IMG/VR virus record: IMGVR_UViG_3300005613_000002
Location: 257,625-321,624 of that record
Strand: one strand, 5' to 3'
DNA: 64,000 nucleotides
Positions 46,818 to 58,100 of this stretch are shown one piece after another. Position 1 is the first letter of the stretch. Every line of letters begins with the position of its first letter. The position numbers and the translations under genes were made by a program. The notes beneath the pieces were generated by a model that saw only the letters and a program-made list of their open reading frames with translations, made no database searches and had not been told where the DNA came from.

Positions 46818-48863
46818 TTATCCACAATTTACATATGATTCATTATTATCATAAGCACAATAACCCTCAGTTGTTAGGTTCTTCCACGCAGTATTATCAG
46901 TTACTTTTGTAATTGAATCACTATTAGCATACTGAGTTTCTGCTAAATTTTCAGACATCCAAACTTGTGTACCAATTTTAACTGTTGGATATACCCTACC
47001 ATTATTTCCAGTCATTGTACCAGTATCTGTTGAATCGTCTTTAATTAACCTTAATGACAGACCATACGCATATAACCATAATGATATATTTGATGTTCCA
47101 CTAAAATTTACTAATTGTAATGCTCTCGTGAACATTCCAAATTCAGTAGTTGATGAACCAAATATTCCAAACTCATTAAATTTTGTGAAATTTCCATTTA
47201 CTGTTTCTCTATGACCACCACCAAATGCTGTGAATCCATATTCATCAGTAGCACCAGCATTAGGTGTTAACCAATGAGTTAAACCAACTTCTTTAAGTTT
47301 ACCACCAGCAACGGTACTACCACTAGCATATGTTTCTAATGTTTGAAATTCTGCTTGTGTAGGTACATGCCATCCAGAAGGTGCGATATTTCTTACATCA
47401 TTAATTGCATATTGATTATATAAATAACCATAACATTTTACACTACTTGGCTCAACAGTTGTAGTTGGTTCTAATGTTGTAGTTGGTTCTAATGTTGTAG
47501 TTGGTTCTAATGTTGTAGTTGGTTCTAATGTCGTGGTAGGCTCAACCGTAGTAGTTGGCTCTAATGTAGTTGTTGTAATTCCAGTTTCACCACAACCAAC
47601 ATTATTATAATCATTATTAAACGCACACATAGCACCAGTCGTTAAACCTGACCAAGTTTCATCATTTTCAATAATTGATATTAAATCATTATTAGCATAC
47701 TGAGTTTCCGCTAAATTTTCAGATAAATATTCTTGTGTCCCAATACAAATTGTACCATAAACTTTCCCATCATTACCAGTATATGTGCTAGTTTCACCAC
47801 TACTTAATGTTGTTGAATCTTTAATTAATCTTATACCTAAACCATGATTTCTATCTACTCCAGCATACACATTTGATTGAGTATTAGATGCATAAGAAGT
47901 AATTGTCCAATTTTGTAATGGATATCCACTTCTAACAGTTGATGTCCATAATGACCCATTTTCAAGTAAATTCACAAAATCACCAGTTGAACCATCACGT
48001 CTACCACTACCAACTAATGTCATTCCATATTCATCAGTAGCACCAGCATTAGGTGTTAACCAATGGTCTAAACCAACTTCTTTAAGTTTACCACCAGCAA
48101 CACTACCACCACCAGCAAGTGCAACTAACACTAAATATTCAGCTTGTGTAGGTACATGCCATCCAGTATTAGCTAAATCTCTACTATCATTAATGGTATG
48201 ACCATTATACAAATAACCATATTCAACACAACCAACAAATGGTTCAACTGTTGTTGTAGGTTCTAATGTAGTTGGCTCAACCGTTGTAGTTGGTTCTAAT
48301 GTAGTTGGTTCAACCGTTGTAGTTGGCTCAACCGTTGTAGTTGGTTCAACCGTTGTAGTTGGTTCTAATGTAGTACTAGGTTCAACCGTAGTGGTTGGCT
48401 CTAATGTAGTACTAGGTTCAACCGTTGTAGTTGGCTCTAATGTAGTACTAGGTTCTACTGTTGTAGTTGGCTCTAATGTAGTAGTTACTGTGCCTGATTT
48501 TTCAATAACACAATTAAATAAATCCCATTCAGATTCAACACTAAATGTTGGTACAACACCCGAACAATTTTCAGGGTCATATTCAACATTATCATTACTG
48601 AATTCAGTACCAAATGATATATCTTCATAACTATTCACATAAGAAATAAAAACATCAACAAGATTATTATATTCGGTTTCTGACATATTTGCAAGTGTAT
48701 CATCATCAGGTATTGAATATTGGATACCATTAACAATAAAGTATCCATTATACACATCAGTTGGTAGTGGGTATATTTTAGGATACCCAACAGCAATATC
48801 ATCTCCAATCATTTTAGTGATTGAAACTTTTAGCGACCTTTTATATTCTGTGTATTGACTCAT
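46818..48863 (-). CDS. virion fibre-like protein with two circularly permuted FISUMP (Fib_succ_major) domains and Thr-rich linkers
   Basis: YGYLYN...GWHVPT...GGKLKE...RLIKD followed by GNDGKVY.T..IGTQ...ENL. Confidence 0.75.
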   Translation of the reverse strand: MSQYTEYKRSLKVSITKMIGDDIAVGYPKIYPLPTDVYNGYFIVNGIQYSIPDDDTLANMSETEYNNLVDVFISYVNSYEDISFGTEFSNDNVEYDPENCSGVVPTFSVESEWDLFNCVIEKSGTVTTTLEPTTTVEPSTTLEPTTTVEPSTTLEPTTTVEPSTTLEPTTTVEPTTTVEPTTTVEPTTLEPTTTVEPTTLEPTTTVEPFVGCVEYGYLYNGHTINDSRDLANTGWHVPTQAEYLVLVALAGGGSVAGGKLKEVGLDHWLTPNAGATDEYGMTLVGSGRRDGSTGDFVNLLENGSLWTSTVRSGYPLQNWTITSYASNTQSNVYAGVDRNHGLGIRLIKDSTTLSSGETSTYTGNDGKVYGTICIGTQEYLSENLAETQYANNDLISIIENDETWSGLTTGAMCAFNNDYNNVGCGETGITTTTLEPTTTVEPTTTLEPTTTLEPTTTLEPTTTLEPTTTVEPSSVKCYGYLYNQYAINDVRNIAPSGWHVPTQAEFQTLETYASGSTVAGGKLKEVGLTHWLTPNAGATDEYGFTAFGGGHRETVNGNFTKFNEFGIFGSSTTEFGMFTRALQLVNFSGTSNISLWLYAYGLSLRLIKDDSTDTGTMTGNNGRVYPTVKIGTQVWMSENLAETQYANSDSITKVTDNTAWKNLTTEGYCAYDNNESYVNCG
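47450..47578 (-). repeat. 18-bp coding tandem repeat (TTTLEP units)
   Basis: GTAGTTGGTTCTAATGTT repeated in tandem from 47461. Confidence 0.9.
48241..48487 (-). repeat. 15/18-bp coding tandem repeat (TTT[VL]EP/STTLEP)
   Basis: In-frame repeat tract within the 46818-48863 ORF. Confidence 0.9.
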
Positions 48864-48884
48864 TTATTTTATATCTTATTAATT

Positions 48885-51155
48885 TTATGCATTATTTTCA
48901 ACATCATCATAAGCACATAAAGCACTTGTTGTTAATGCATCCCAAGTACTATCACCTATTGGTGTATAAACACCACCATCATAACCATCTATCCATGAGT
49001 TATTTCTCCATTGAGTTTCTTTTAAATTATCAGCAAGCCATTCTTGTGTTCCAATACAAATAGTTCTATATAATTTACCATCATTTCCTTGATAAGTACC
49101 TGATTCACCATGTGATAATGTCGTAGAATCTTTAACTAATCTTATACAATTACCTATTTTTTTAAATTGTGTTATAAATGATGAAACACCTAACCATACT
49201 CTAAAAACTATGGTATTATGGTATAATTCGCCAAAAAATGCTTGTGTTGTATCATATGGGTTTTCTGTTGTTGTCCATAAATTTGAAAATTCATACTTCC
49301 CATTATATGCACCACCACTAAATCTTTGTCCACTACCCCTTGCATTAAAACCATAAGTGTTTGTAGCACCAATATTTGGGTTTTCCCAATGTGTTAACCC
49401 TGTTTCTTTTAAATGTCCACTTGCATCATTAACATCTCTAGTACCATCAGGGTCAATATATAACAATAATGTACCTAATTCATCATTAGTTGGGACATGC
49501 CATCCAGTATTTGCTATATTTCTAGCATCATCAACTGTTAACCAATTATATAGAAAACCTAAATTAACTGTTTCAATTGGTTGGACTGTTGTTGTACCAG
49601 TAATTGGCTCTAATGTAGTTGTTGTACCAGTAATTGGCTCAATCGTTGTGGTAGTTGGCTCTAATGTAGTTGTTGGCTCAATCGTTGTGGTAGTGACACC
49701 ACTATCAATAATACAAACATAATCTAACCAACTACCAAAATATGTTGTTTCACCAGTAAAACATGGCTCAACTGTGGCTTTAACACAGGTGAATGGTTCA
49801 TCACATGTGTTTAATGCATAATCAATTGGACAAACATATCCATGATATCCATTAGTTGCTGAATATTCATAATGTAATGCTGTACCAACTAAATCAATAG
49901 AATCAAATATTTTCTTATCGCCTAAATCTTCATCACTAGTTGCATTTATTAAATCATATGGAGTTGCATCATATATATGAATACCAACACCAGCAACATT
50001 AGTTTCATTATGACCAATAACTTCAATAAAATTTTCACCTGCTGGTAATTCAATTGGATAAATAAACCAATATCTAAAAGGTATTCTTCCAGTATCTCCA
50101 CCACCAGTTGGGTCACCATTTGCTGCAAACATAGTTGCTAGTGCTGAAATATCTTGTTCAAGAATTAAACTACCATTTAGTTTGACTTTACCTAAATTAT
50201 CACAACCAAAACCTACATAATATGTTTTAGGTACTGCAATATTAAAACAAAAAGAAAAACCAATATCTTGATTATCACGAGTCACATTACCCCAAACACA
50301 TGAACGATTTAAAGGTCCTTCTAATGAAGGATATGGTGTATTTATCCAATATTGATTACTTGTTGGTATCCTCTCATAATCACCAGTACCATCATAATTC
50401 CAATCATCGAAAATTACTGCGCCATAGAGACCATAAGAAGAATGTTCTGCTTTTCTAACTACAGTATATGTTGAAGAATAATATGTTGGGTCAATTGTCT
50501 CATAAAGCACACAATCATCACCAATTGGTGTATAACCTTCTTCACATGTTTCACACCATGATAAATTTTCAAATCTACTACAATCAGGAATACCTAAATC
50601 AGTAAATACAATTTGATATTCATCACCTATTGGTACATCAGTAAAATAATTAGTTATAGGTGTTGTGTGTTCAAGATTAGTCCCAATAACACCACCAGAA
50701 CTACCAATTAATTCAACCATAATTGAACCAGTTCCACTTGTTAGCGTGTATGAAACAGTAACAGTACTCCCACTAAATTCATGCGGTAATATCGTATAAT
50801 TAATATTACATACTGGTGCTAATGTTGTGCTTGTAGTTGTTGGTGTTTCACCACTACAATTTATTGGGTCATATTCTACATTTACATTAATTTCATCATC
50901 AATAAATGACACATTTTCAATATCTTCAACATATGATTCAAATGCTGACACTAATTCATTATAATCAGTATCTGACATATATGATAATTCATTATCATCA
51001 GGAATTGGATATTCTTCATAATTATATATGAAATACCCACGAGCAATATCAGTTGCAGTTGGGTATGTTTTAGGATATCCAACTATAACCTCACCACCTA
51101 TAGCTTTCGTAACCGAAACATATAACGACCTTTTATATCCTGAATATTCTGACAT
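48885..51155 (-). CDS. virion fibre-like protein: shared anchor, Cys-flanked beta-sandwich (PA14-like) domain, permuted FISUMP domain
   Basis: MSEYSGYKRSL anchor; VGFGCDNLGKVKLNG; LGFLYN...RLVKD...GNDGKLYRTICIGTQEW. Confidence 0.72.
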   Translation of the reverse strand: MSEYSGYKRSLYVSVTKAIGGEVIVGYPKTYPTATDIARGYFIYNYEEYPIPDDNELSYMSDTDYNELVSAFESYVEDIENVSFIDDEINVNVEYDPINCSGETPTTTSTTLAPVCNINYTILPHEFSGSTVTVSYTLTSGTGSIMVELIGSSGGVIGTNLEHTTPITNYFTDVPIGDEYQIVFTDLGIPDCSRFENLSWCETCEEGYTPIGDDCVLYETIDPTYYSSTYTVVRKAEHSSYGLYGAVIFDDWNYDGTGDYERIPTSNQYWINTPYPSLEGPLNRSCVWGNVTRDNQDIGFSFCFNIAVPKTYYVGFGCDNLGKVKLNGSLILEQDISALATMFAANGDPTGGGDTGRIPFRYWFIYPIELPAGENFIEVIGHNETNVAGVGIHIYDATPYDLINATSDEDLGDKKIFDSIDLVGTALHYEYSATNGYHGYVCPIDYALNTCDEPFTCVKATVEPCFTGETTYFGSWLDYVCIIDSGVTTTTIEPTTTLEPTTTTIEPITGTTTTLEPITGTTTVQPIETVNLGFLYNWLTVDDARNIANTGWHVPTNDELGTLLLYIDPDGTRDVNDASGHLKETGLTHWENPNIGATNTYGFNARGSGQRFSGGAYNGKYEFSNLWTTTENPYDTTQAFFGELYHNTIVFRVWLGVSSFITQFKKIGNCIRLVKDSTTLSHGESGTYQGNDGKLYRTICIGTQEWLADNLKETQWRNNSWIDGYDGGVYTPIGDSTWDALTTSALCAYDDVENNA

Positions 51156-51170
51156 CTAATTCTTTTTATT

Positions 51171-51179
51171 TTAAATACT
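51171..51179 (-). promoter_or_regulatory. late promoter variant AGTATTTAA
   Basis: Duplicated leader, see 46787. Confidence 0.55.
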
Positions 51180-51189
51180 TTATTATTTA

Positions 51190-54100
51190 TTATATTTCTA
51201 ATGTTGTTGTAGGTTCTAATGTTGTCGTAGGCTCAACAGTGGTTGTTGGCTCTACTGTTGTTGTTACCGCATCAACAATTATACAATTATATAAATCCCA
51301 TTCAATTTGCGCTTCTGTTGGAAGTGTTGTTGTAGGTTCTACTGTTGTAGTAGTTCCAGTAATTGGTTCTAATGTCGTTGTTGTCGTAGGTTCAACTGTT
51401 GTAGTTGGAACAGGACAATCCATTTTAAAATACCAACCAACACCAGTTAAATATAATTCAACCATTGCTATAGTTGTTGATGTTGATTTATAAAATTCAT
51501 TAATACCAGAACTATCTGTAATTACCACAGGATAACCATCTGGTTCTAATTCTGGGTCACCAATATTCGGATAAATGAATGTTGATGTTGGGTCTAATTT
51601 ACCTGTTAATGCATTAGTAAATATATTTCTTGCTGATTCACCATAACCATACGCTGCATCACCAACAAAACCACTATCAATTTCGGTATTATTATCATAT
51701 TTCACAATAAATCTATCAGGATAACCACTCACATCATAATTAAAGACAATATTTCCAGTATCTGAACCTAAATCAATTTCATAAATATTTTTATATCCAA
51801 CTTCACCACCATCATATTCTACTAAATCACCACATAATGCATCATATATTGGTTGAACTGTAGTTGTTGGTTCAACCGTTGTGGTAGGTTCTAATGTAGT
51901 ACTAGTAATAGCACTAACAACAATACAACTATAATCAATCCATTCATAAGTCACAGTATCACCAATTGTGGTTGTAGTTGGCTCTAATGTTGTTGGCTCA
52001 ATTGTAGTTGTAGGTTCAACTGTTGTAGTTGGCTCACAAGGAATTAAATCTGCTTTAACACAGGTAAATGGTTCGTCACATGTATTTAACGAATATCCAC
52101 TTGGACAAACATATCCATGATATCCAAAATCATCAGAATTCTCATAATGTATAGGTGTTGTTGGGTTAGTAACTAATTGGTCTGATGTAAATAATATTTT
52201 TTCACCCAAATCTTCATCACTAGTTGCATTTTCTAAATCATAAGGTGTTGCATCATATATCTGAATACCAACTGCTGCAACACTATATTCGTTATGACCA
52301 TAAATTTCGATCACATTCTTACCAGCAGGTAGATGCATTGGATAAATAAACCAATATCTATAAGGTATTCTATCAGGGAAACCACCACCAGTTGGGTCAC
52401 CATTTGCCGTAAACATAGCAGTTAATGATGGAATATCTTGCTCAAGAACCATCTCACCATTAAGTTTTATTTTTCCCCAATTATCACAACCAAAACCTAC
52501 ATAATATGTTTTGGCAACAGCAATATCAATACAATATGAAAAACCAATATCTTGTTTATTTCGTGTTACATTACCCCAAATAGATGTACGATTTAAAGGT
52601 CCTTGGTCACTATATGGGTTTACCCAATATGGATTACTTAAATCAAATCTACTATAATTTCCAGTACCATCATAATTCCAACTATCAAATAATACAGCAC
52701 CATAAACACCATATGATGTATCATCAGTTTTTTTAACAACATAATATGATGAAGCATAATATGTTGGGTCAATTACATCATAAAGAACACATTCATCATC
52801 ACCAACTGGGTCATATCCTTCTTCACATGTTTTACACCATGATATAATCTCAAGAGCATTACAACTTGGGTCATTTAATTCTGTGAAAGACATCAAATAA
52901 TCATCATTAAATGGTACATTAAGAAATGAATAAACACCAGTACTATATGCTATGTTAGAATAATAACTAGTACCAGTTTCACCAGATAGTTGAACAACCA
53001 TTGGGAATGTACCACTAGTTATTTCATAAAATATATTAACACTATTTCCACTAAACTCATATGGTAATATTGAATAATTTATATTACATACTGGTTCAAT
53101 AGTCGTTGTTGTATCAACAACAATACAACTATAATCAATCCATTCATAGGTTACACTATCACCAACCGTTGTAGTAGGTGCTACCGTAGTTGTAGGTTCA
53201 ACTGTTGTAGTTGGCTCAATTGTAGTTGTTGGCTCTAATGTAGTACTAGTAATAGCACTAACAACAATACAACTATAATCAATCCATTCATAGGTTACAC
53301 TATCACCAACTGTAGTCGTTGGCTCAACTGTTGTAGTTGGCTCTAATGTAGTACTAGGTTCAACCGTTGTAGTTGGTTCTACTGTAGTCGTTGGCTCAAC
53401 TGTTGTAGTTGGCTCTAATGTAGTACTAGGTTCAACCGTTGTAGTTGGTTCAATCGTAGTACTAGGTTCAACCGTTGTAGTTGGTTCTACTGTAGTCGTT
53501 GGCTCTAATGTCGTTGGTTCAATCGTAGTACTAGGTTCAACCGTTGTCGTTGGTTCTACCGTAGTACTAGGTTCAACCGTTGTAGTAGTAGGTTCTACCG
53601 TAGTACTAGGTTCAACCGTTGTAGTAGTAGGTTCTACCGTAGTACTAGGTTCTAATGTCGTAGTAGTAGGTTCTACCGTAGTAGTAGGTTCTAATGTCGT
53701 AGTAGTAGGTTCTACCGTAGTAGTAGGTTCTAATGTCGTTGTTGTACTAGTAGTTGTTGGCTCTAGTGTAGTTGTTGTACTAGTAGTTGTTGGCTCTAGT
53801 GTAGTTGTTGTGGTTGTATCTCCCGGACATGGAGGACAGCATGGACATGGAATTAAACTACCAAACATAGTCATTTCATAATCAGGAATAGTCCAAGACC
53901 TATTTGACTTATATGACATAGCAAACAATAATTCTTGGTCTTCGATAATAAACATTTTTAGTGTATTAAACACTTTTCCAACAATGTTACCATCTAAATC
54001 AGCTAAATCATAATATCTAACATCTAATGATTTTACTGTGCCTGTTAATATTTTACTACTTCCTGTTGGTATTAAAGTAATACCTAATGTTCTAGTGCTT

Positions 54101-55128
54101 GATTTATGCCACATAATTGTTGGCATTTCAAGTTTAGGTGTTTTTAAATAAAATTCCTCACCATAAACATTTTTATCCGAATCATTACTATAATGAATTA
54201 CACCTAATTTTTTATAAACAGGTGCTTGATTTTGAATATATGAAACAAAACCACCATATGTTCTAGTTTCAAAATTACCATATTTTATATCAGTAGCTTG
54301 AACACCTGCAACTTCTTCTGTATATATCACAGATAAATCCCAAAATGGAAATATTGTATTATTGGTATTATAATTAGCAAAATAACTAATAATACTATCA
54401 GCACTATAATCACCAGTAAAACTATAATTTGATGATACACCGCTATAATATATTAGTGCACCAGCAATTGCAGTTGGTGTGTATAATGAAAAATCTGGCA
54501 ATTCTCTATCAACATTAACAACAATATTATCATTCAATAAATTACCAGTTTTACTAATAATTTTATATGTTAAATATGGTGTAGGTAAATCCCTATTAAT
54601 TGTATGTCCAGTAGTATTAGTATCATGAGCATATTTAATAAACAACAAATCCCCAACTAAAGGTTCTTCAGTATTTGAACCATATGTTGGTGCTTTTCTT
54701 AAAGATATTGAATTCCCACCTGTAACACCACTCATATACACCATTAAATCAGGCTGTCTAGTGTGTAATTCATCAGTAATAAATGTTGTTCCACTATCAC
54801 TAAAAAAACCTAAAGAATGTGCATCATTAACTATATCATATGGTTCAGATATTGGTTTAATTTCATTATATTCATCACCTTCATATGTTTTTGGAATAAA
54901 TGAAATTATTTTAGGGTTTTTATCTCTAGGTCTTAAAATACTAATGTCTGAAGAATTGAAATCTGGTTCAACACTAGTATTAATTTCATTAATAAAGTTA
55001 TAATCAATCTCACTATCGCCAACAGCAAAGTATTTAAACGTTAAATCACCCTTAGATAGTTGTTCTCTACCTTTGGATGTCAACATTATATTTAATACTA
55101 CAGGGTCTGTCTTTTCAATGAGTGCCAT
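51190..55128 (-). CDS. large baseplate/fibre-associated protein with long mucin-like Thr-rich region
   Basis: N-term LNIMLTSKGREQLSKG...YFAVGDSEIDY (collar-like); about 170 aa TT[VLI]EP tract; PA14-like and PDRFIV modules; AGTATTTAT at 55143-55151. Confidence 0.7.
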   Translation of the reverse strand: MALIEKTDPVVLNIMLTSKGREQLSKGDLTFKYFAVGDSEIDYNFINEINTSVEPDFNSSDISILRPRDKNPKIISFIPKTYEGDEYNEIKPISEPYDIVNDAHSLGFFSDSGTTFITDELHTRQPDLMVYMSGVTGGNSISLRKAPTYGSNTEEPLVGDLLFIKYAHDTNTTGHTINRDLPTPYLTYKIISKTGNLLNDNIVVNVDRELPDFSLYTPTAIAGALIYYSGVSSNYSFTGDYSADSIISYFANYNTNNTIFPFWDLSVIYTEEVAGVQATDIKYGNFETRTYGGFVSYIQNQAPVYKKLGVIHYSNDSDKNVYGEEFYLKTPKLEMPTIMWHKSSTRTLGITLIPTGSSKILTGTVKSLDVRYYDLADLDGNIVGKVFNTLKMFIIEDQELLFAMSYKSNRSWTIPDYEMTMFGSLIPCPCCPPCPGDTTTTTTLEPTTTSTTTTLEPTTTSTTTTLEPTTTVEPTTTTLEPTTTVEPTTTTLEPSTTVEPTTTTVEPSTTVEPTTTTVEPSTTVEPTTTVEPSTTIEPTTLEPTTTVEPTTTVEPSTTIEPTTTVEPSTTLEPTTTVEPTTTVEPTTTVEPSTTLEPTTTVEPTTTVGDSVTYEWIDYSCIVVSAITSTTLEPTTTIEPTTTVEPTTTVAPTTTVGDSVTYEWIDYSCIVVDTTTTIEPVCNINYSILPYEFSGNSVNIFYEITSGTFPMVVQLSGETGTSYYSNIAYSTGVYSFLNVPFNDDYLMSFTELNDPSCNALEIISWCKTCEEGYDPVGDDECVLYDVIDPTYYASSYYVVKKTDDTSYGVYGAVLFDSWNYDGTGNYSRFDLSNPYWVNPYSDQGPLNRTSIWGNVTRNKQDIGFSYCIDIAVAKTYYVGFGCDNWGKIKLNGEMVLEQDIPSLTAMFTANGDPTGGGFPDRIPYRYWFIYPMHLPAGKNVIEIYGHNEYSVAAVGIQIYDATPYDLENATSDEDLGEKILFTSDQLVTNPTTPIHYENSDDFGYHGYVCPSGYSLNTCDEPFTCVKADLIPCEPTTTVEPTTTIEPTTLEPTTTTIGDTVTYEWIDYSCIVVSAITSTTLEPTTTVEPTTTVQPIYDALCGDLVEYDGGEVGYKNIYEIDLGSDTGNIVFNYDVSGYPDRFIVKYDNNTEIDSGFVGDAAYGYGESARNIFTNALTGKLDPTSTFIYPNIGDPELEPDGYPVVITDSSGINEFYKSTSTTIAMVELYLTGVGWYFKMDCPVPTTTVEPTTTTTLEPITGTTTTVEPTTTLPTEAQIEWDLYNCIIVDAVTTTVEPTTTVEPTTTLEPTTTLEI
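53310..53817 (-). repeat. longest coding Thr-rich tandem tract
   Basis: Continuous (T/S)TT[VLI]EP units, 15-21 bp period. Confidence 0.92.
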
Positions 55129-55175
55129 TATTATTTTTTTATATAAATACTTATTTTCATAAAGTTTTATATCAG

Positions 55176-58100
55176 TTAATTGATATTACCCTGTTTAATT
55201 AAAAACACACTACTATCATCTCCCAAATACTTCACCATTTCACGTCCTCTAATATCAACATTTGTTGAATCTTCAGAATATAAATTAACACCAATACGAT
55301 ACATAAATTTTTGTTTAGTGAACACCGTGTTTCTAATTTCAGACACACCTTCACCATTACCCATTATAATTATAGTAGCTGGTAATAATTGTAAAATAAA
55401 TTTTTGGAAAAATGAATTATATTTTCCTAAAAATAAATACAAATTATGAAATGAATAACCATTCGATTTTAATGGGTCATCATCAGGTAATTTACTTCTT
55501 TTTAAATATTCAATATATATTTTTAATAATGTTGGATACCAACCACCTTTAAAATCAGATATTGTTTTTCTATTTCTAACATTAATTAATCTTTTTTGCA
55601 TGAATACTATAAATTCAAGAAATGTCATATTTTCAATGTCTTCATCAGGTAAAATATCATCAGCCATTGATGTAAAATAAGCATTATTTGCAACTAAATA
55701 ATATACACTAATTACACTACCATATTTTAACCCTTTAGGTAAAAATATCTCATATTTATTTTGAGCATTAACAGTATAATCCATATTAGGTTCTAAAGCA
55801 ATTCCATCAATAAGAATTTTAACATTTGAAGCATCAACTACTTTATAGTTTAATTTATAAACATATTTATTAAATGATGTGTTATAATATATTTTACTAC
55901 TATTAAAACTGTCAATTCTAATTACCTCATTTCTTGCTGAAATATCATCACTACCAATAACATCAACATAAGCTATTTGTATTTCTGGATTAACCTGTAA
56001 AAAAGAAATAACATCAGTATTTTGTATTATTATTTGACTCGAACCTGTTGTATTATTTGGGTCTAAAATATAATCACCATTAAATTGTGATGTTCCTTTA
56101 GTAAGTGCAACACCATTTATTGTTACTTGTATATCACCACGTGGATATGATGGCAATGGTACTATTGTACCATTTGGATTTGCTCTAACTCTTGTCACAA
56201 CATATTGAACAGTAATACCACTTACTGGACTAGTAGCACCACTATACACAAATGTTGCTTGTACAACATCCCTTCTCGATGAATTATTCTTTGCATATGC
56301 TCCGCTTGTTAATGTAAATGTTTTTGTAACACTATCAATAGTGTAATCAGCTTCATATGAAGTAATAGTTGTACCAGTTGTATTGCCAGTGCTTGGTGGA
56401 TTTAATAAAGTCCCATTAAAACGAACTTCTAGGTCACCCTGAACTTTGGGTGAATCGTATGATGATGGTAAAGGGAATGTATTTTCACTACCAGTAAAAC
56501 TCATTGAAATATTAACATAAGAATAAGGAAGTGTATATCCAGCAGAATTAATTGCATAATCTTTTTTCACATATTCATAAATATCATATTCAACACCACG
56601 TGATGCATCAAGAGAAATTCCAACTTCTTTAGTGTTAATAACTAATTTACTGTCTTCCTGATAATATTGTGGTGTTGTATCATCAATTCTTATTGTTTCA
56701 CCACTTTGTGACCAAGATTTTTTATTATCAACAGTTTTAGTTAAATTAAATCCAGCCATTCTAAACGCATCTAAATATGCTTGACCACTATCTGTATTAC
56801 CTGACATTTGAAAATAAAAATCATTTGTTTCCAAAGGTGCAGAAGGATAACCATCAGAATCATATGGTAATGAATTCGATGGGAATTCATCTATTGTTAA
56901 TGGTACAGTATTTGGATTAATTTTTCCTTCAACAGTATAAACATGTTCCGTTATATTAATAAATGGTTCTGGAATACCAATTAATAAAAACATTGCTTTA
57001 ATTGCTTCTCTAGTACCTTTAGTTTTCCAAAAATAACTAGTGTTCATTAAAATTCTACGCCAAAGTTCAATATCAATCTCACTTGGCATTAAATCAGAAT
57101 TAAGATTTCTTTCATCTTCATCAATACTAAAAAAACTACTAACTAATTCTTGCTCATTCACTAATGAGAAATAATCCCAACCAAATGTTCTTGATAAGTT
57201 TTTTATTAATTGGTCTGGTATATTATCTTTCTTATCATAAGTAACTTTATTAATATTTGCTAACGAATCAATAAACATTCTCAATTGGTCAAATTCTCTA
57301 CCATATATTCTTAATAATTTAGTCATTTTACCATCTTCGGTAAGATCATAAGCTTTTAATGAGGCAGGTGTTAAAAATCTAGCAATTAAATCGGTTTTAA
57401 TTTTATCATATTTTGAACCAATCGTTAATAATATTTCTAAAAATTTATTATAATCAGGAGTATTAATATCAATATTATAACCATCACTTGTCTTCCAGAG
57501 TAAAGAAGTATCTGAATATATAATATTACCATCATCAAGTAATGTCGGGTCTTTAATTTCAAAATTAAAACCATCAATACCATCTCTTTCAGAAATAATA
57601 TATCTTTCATATTGAGTTAAAGACATTCTAAATTCCTCAAAAACGACACTATTTGGTTTTAAATGAAAATCTAACGATGATGAATCTGTTGTTATCATTG
57701 AAAATGGATTTCCATTAACTTTAAATCTAACATTTTTATCAACACTAGTATTTCCAGTATATCCAATTACATTCGAAGTACTATTATCAGGATTTGATGG
57801 AATCCAAATAATATATTTATCATATGATAAATTAATGTTTTTTAAGTCTTCATCATCAGGACTACTTGTGTTACCATAATTATAAACTAAACCAAACGTA
57901 TTTACAATACAATTAGTTGGCACTGTAAATGTTGACGTGTCAGAAATTGAATCATAAACATAATCATAATATGTAATGTTATTATTTCTTGAAATTTGGG
58001 AACTCATGAAAAGACTTGCCTTATAACTAGTAATTATATTTTCAATACTAACCCTTAAATATTCATATCCTGAACCAAATCTAATAAATGTATTTAAATC

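Noticed and set aside
46821-49575. Diversity-generating retroelement targeting the FISUMP domains
   Set aside because: FISUMP is a known DGR target fold and a ~77-bp near-identical block is shared (about 47236-47312 vs 48025-48101). However, there is no reverse transcriptase or non-coding template repeat in the window, the shared block is the conserved core rather than the variable loop, and the copies differ at all base types. An RT elsewhere in the genome is not excluded.
53310-53817. CRISPR array or non-coding repeat array
   Set aside because: Units are adjacent, degenerate at third codon positions, have no unique spacers and are in frame within long ORFs. They are coding repeats.
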